NCBI GenBank assembly: GCA_037481835.1
Contig: JBBFKW010000002.1
Location: 202,544-266,543, forward strand
Length of the DNA: 64,000 nt
Reading direction: 5' to 3'
Origin: Desulfosoma sp.
GTDB lineage: Bacteria > Desulfobacterota > Syntrophobacteria > Syntrophobacterales > DSM-9756
The translations under genes and the position numbers were made by a program. Within the stretch, counting starts at the first letter, position 1. Each line of letters begins with the position of its first letter. The notes below the pieces were generated by a model. That model was not told where the DNA came from. It was given only the letters and a program-made list of their open reading frames with translations, and made no database searches. This document shows, one piece after another, positions 61,254 to 64,000 of the stretch.

Positions 61254-62218
61254 TCACGGTGGCCTTTTCCACTCATCGGTTGGAAGTTTTAATGGAAGCG
61301 GAGGCGCGGATGCGGGCGCACGAAGCCGTGGCTTTGGAAGAGCCGCCCCATCCCCTTTTCCAAGCCATGCTGTGCGGCGAGGTGGCCGTCGAAAACTATC
61401 TCCAGGAGACGGATTACGAATTCCCGCGGTTCGCCGAGGCCTCTTGTCGGCTCTATCGAAGGCTGCACGCTTCGGGAAAGCGCTTGATTCAAGTGGACCC
61501 TTACATGGAACACCTGGAGCGGTTGCACGATTTCTTTGCCCAGGGAGGCGAACCTCAGGCCGTGGATCCCGCTGATCCCATGCACGCCGTGTATCGGGCG
61601 GAAAGGCGAGCGACGGCGGCGCTTATGCATTTTTATGAAATGTCCATGACGGCGCCCTTCTCCGAGGTCGTGCGGGCGGTGATCCATTTCGCCCGAACCG
61701 ATGCGGCTCGGATCGCCTTGAGGGACGAAATGAGGGCGAGGCGCCTTGCCGTGGAAGCAAAGAATGTATCGACGCTCTATGTGGAATCCGGCTATATTCA
61801 TTGGAAACTGTTTCGGGATCTACGGCGGTCGGTCGAACCCGATAGGCCGGTTCGGCCGTGTTTTCTTCTCGAACGGGAAGCGCGTCGCCGCCTCGGGCGA
61901 AAACAGGTCCTCGGGCCGGGCGATACGCTCACGCTCCTTTTCATCTTTCAGCCCGGTATCCGCGGAGCGGCGGTGGAAATGATGGCGGCGCGAAGCCTCA
62001 TTTACATCAAGCTTCTTCATAAGGACGAGCTGGAGCCGGTCGAAGGGGCTTATCCCCATCTCGACGACGAAGTTCTGGCCTATCGGCTGACGAGGCTCCT
62101 TTCGTGGGCGGATTGCGAAAAACTCTACCCCGAGATTCGAACCCGACCCGCCGAGGAGGTCCAAGAGATTGTCAAAACGCACGTAGCCCGGCAAACCGCT
62201 CGAGGATGGATTCCGTGA
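61250..62218 (+). CDS. Hypothetical protein, possibly TraB/TIKI/ChaN/EreA superfamily
   Basis: GTGA overlap with mutY; STH, VALEE, RDEMRA, ESGYIH motifs in superfamily order. Confidence 0.65.
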   Translation: MITVAFSTHRLEVLMEAEARMRAHEAVALEEPPHPLFQAMLCGEVAVENYLQETDYEFPRFAEASCRLYRRLHASGKRLIQVDPYMEHLERLHDFFAQGGEPQAVDPADPMHAVYRAERRATAALMHFYEMSMTAPFSEVVRAVIHFARTDAARIALRDEMRARRLAVEAKNVSTLYVESGYIHWKLFRDLRRSVEPDRPVRPCFLLEREARRRLGRKQVLGPGDTLTLLFIFQPGIRGAAVEMMAARSLIYIKLLHKDELEPVEGAYPHLDDEVLAYRLTRLLSWADCEKLYPEIRTRPAEEVQEIVKTHVARQTARGWIP

Positions 62219-62220
62219 GG

Positions 62221-63387
62221 ATGAGAATGCGCGCGCTTCTCCCGTGGGTTGTTCTTATTACGTTTTCCGGCTGTGCTGCCTTGGAAAGACCGGGCCCTTC
62301 GGCCCTTGCGCGCTTTCAGCGGCCTTCGCTCCACCCGGGGGAGATCGTCGATCTGCACACGGGGAAAAAGCTTTCCTTCGAGGAGCTGATCCGCGCTTTG
62401 GAAGGGGTTCGGGTCGTCTATGTGGGGGAGGTTCATGCTCGGGCGGCCGATCATGAAGTGCAGCATCGGATTGTGGAAGGACTTTGGAAACACGGCAGAC
62501 ACATCGGCATTGGGCTGGAAATGCTTCCCCGCACGGAGCAGGTGAGTTTGGACCGCTGGGTGAACGGCTCCTTGGATGAAGGCGCATTTCTCGAAGCGGT
62601 CTCCTGGGAAAGCAACTGGGGCTTCCCGTTTGACGCCTATCGGCCTGTCTTTGCGCTCGCTCGAGAAAAGAAAATCCCCATGAGGGCTTTGAACGCGCCG
62701 CCTGCGATCGTGCGCAAGGTCTCGCGCCAGGGGCTGGAGGCTCTCAGCGACGAAGAACGCCGCTGGATCGCGCATCACTTCTTCATGGACGATGCCGCCC
62801 ATCGCGCCTATATCCAAGAAGAATTCACCGCTCATGTGCCCGGCGGGATCAAGGACTTTGAAACTTTCTACCAGGCCCAGCTTGTCTGGGACGAAACCAT
62901 GGCCGAGAGTCTGGCCGTGTGGTTGGTGCAGGAACCCTTGGACCCTGTGGTCGTGCTTGCCGGAAAAGGGCACGTGAATCAAAGGTTTGGAATTCCGGAA
63001 AGAGTGCGTCGGCGCGTGGAGCATAAGTATGCGGTGGTGGTCCCCGCGGCGGTCGATGAGACGCCGGAGGAGGTGACGAGCGATGTGGGGGACTACCTGG
63101 TAGTGACCGCTGCGGACAAACCGACGCCGGGCCATGGAAAACGCTTGGGGGTACTTTTGAAAAAGAACCCTCAAGGCAAGGGGCTGCAGGTGGTGGAAGT
63201 TACCTCAAACAGTCGGGCGGAAAAGGCGGGGTTTCTCCCGGGGGATATCATCGTCGCTGCGGACGGAGAAGCCGTTGAGGATATGGCCGATTTGCACCGA
63301 CGTTTTCAACGCGGGGAAAATACCGTGGCGTTCACGGTGGAGCGCGGCGGAAGGGTCGTCGAGATCCGGGTGGATTTTGGGCGATGA
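62221..63387 (+). CDS. ChaN family lipoprotein with C-terminal PDZ domain
   Basis: Lipobox FSGC, VYVGEVH, IGLEM, AQLVWDETMA, AGKGH; PDZ SRAEKAGFLPGDIIV. Confidence 0.87.
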   Translation: MRMRALLPWVVLITFSGCAALERPGPSALARFQRPSLHPGEIVDLHTGKKLSFEELIRALEGVRVVYVGEVHARAADHEVQHRIVEGLWKHGRHIGIGLEMLPRTEQVSLDRWVNGSLDEGAFLEAVSWESNWGFPFDAYRPVFALAREKKIPMRALNAPPAIVRKVSRQGLEALSDEERRWIAHHFFMDDAAHRAYIQEEFTAHVPGGIKDFETFYQAQLVWDETMAESLAVWLVQEPLDPVVVLAGKGHVNQRFGIPERVRRRVEHKYAVVVPAAVDETPEEVTSDVGDYLVVTAADKPTPGHGKRLGVLLKKNPQGKGLQVVEVTSNSRAEKAGFLPGDIIVAADGEAVEDMADLHRRFQRGENTVAFTVERGGRVVEIRVDFGR

Positions 63388-63419
63388 AGGCAACTACACT
63401 GAAAGACGGGAGGAAGACC

Positions 63420-63728
63420 ATGAAAAGAGTGACGGCGTGGACGGTTCTCTTGGTGCTGGGGATGGCGTTTTTTTCCGGGTGTACGTCTCTTACAGGCAAA
63501 ACGGCCGGCGAGGTCATCGATGATGCCAGCATTACCACGGAAGCCAACGGGATTATCATCAACGACCCGGACGCCCAGTACCTGAAGATCGACGTGACCA
63601 CGACCAAGGGGAACGTGGTCCTGACGGGATTCATCAACGACAAGAAGGCCGAAGAACGCATCGTATCGAAAATCAAAAGGATCAAAGGCGTGAAATCGGT
63701 CAAGAGCCTCTTGAAAGTCCAAAAATAA
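63420..63728 (+). CDS. BON-domain lipoprotein
   Basis: Lipobox FSGC, IDDASIT, IDVTTTKGNVVLTG, IKGVKSVKSLL. Confidence 0.9.
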   Translation: MKRVTAWTVLLVLGMAFFSGCTSLTGKTAGEVIDDASITTEANGIIINDPDAQYLKIDVTTTKGNVVLTGFINDKKAEERIVSKIKRIKGVKSVKSLLKVQK

Positions 63729-63758
63729 CGAAAGCATGACAGGTCGCCGCTTAAAGGC

Positions 63759-63787
63759 TTGACATGGCGGTGGGGTTTTTTTACAAG
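63759..63787 (+). promoter_or_regulatory. Putative sigma70 promoter
   Basis: TTGACA-17 nt-TACAAG upstream of a structured leader. Confidence 0.45.
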
Positions 63788-63922
63788 GGACATTACCGTC
63801 ACAAAGGAAGGTCAGCCGAAATGTTCGGGATGAACAGGAATTTTTACCGCGAGGGCTTTTTCGAGGGGGAGTGTGTCGGCTGACCCCTGTGAGGTCGCGG
63901 GACGAGGAAGTGAAACGCAACG

Positions 63923-63956
63923 AAGGCCGGGGGTTCAGCCCCCGGCCTTTTTGTTT
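63923..63956 (+). terminator. Intrinsic terminator, possibly an attenuator
   Basis: AAGGCCGGGGG-ttcag-CCCCCGGCCTT followed by TTTGTTT. Confidence 0.85.
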
Positions 63957-64000
63957 GCCCGGCAAAGCCGGTAACCCGTCCGCTTGAAAGAGAGCGGAGA

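Overview
GC-rich bacterial chromosome segment. Gene content (HdrA/MvhD, Nfn-like pair, Na+-translocating decarboxylase, non-decarboxylating glutaryl-CoA dehydrogenase-like enzyme) suggests an anaerobic Desulfobacterota/Syntrophobacterales-type organism (inference). Left to right: trpS end, rluB-like gene, TPR protein, tRNA-Val(CAC), entericidin; a minus-strand redox cluster (FdhF/NuoG-like protein without a Mo ligand, NfnA/NfnB-like pair, large HdrA, MvhD, FdhB-like FeS protein); glgP, bcp, argJ, secA; an IclR-led dicarboxylate (probably glutarate) catabolic operon with Na+-pump subunits and a TAXI-TRAP transporter; a ~3.6 kb decayed defence island (BREX type 3-like remnants, frameshifted AlbA-ATPase, internally deleted IS3); a dpp ABC operon running into dCMP deaminase, a three-domain thymidylate-synthase-like protein with altered active-site motifs, a HAD phosphatase and an alpha/beta hydrolase; ftsH, pepA, DUF2207/lemA, ThiF-like gene, serC, PilZ protein, S58 peptidase; an ABC exporter with a large NBD insertion plus cNMP-binding and rhodanese-ferritin genes; GTAG-type REP repeats; mutY with an intact Nudix box, ChaN-like genes, a BON lipoprotein, and a putative Phe-rich leader attenuator at the right edge. 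The best novelty candidates are the TS-like nucleotide module and the redox cluster. All family calls come from motif recognition by eye; no searches were run.
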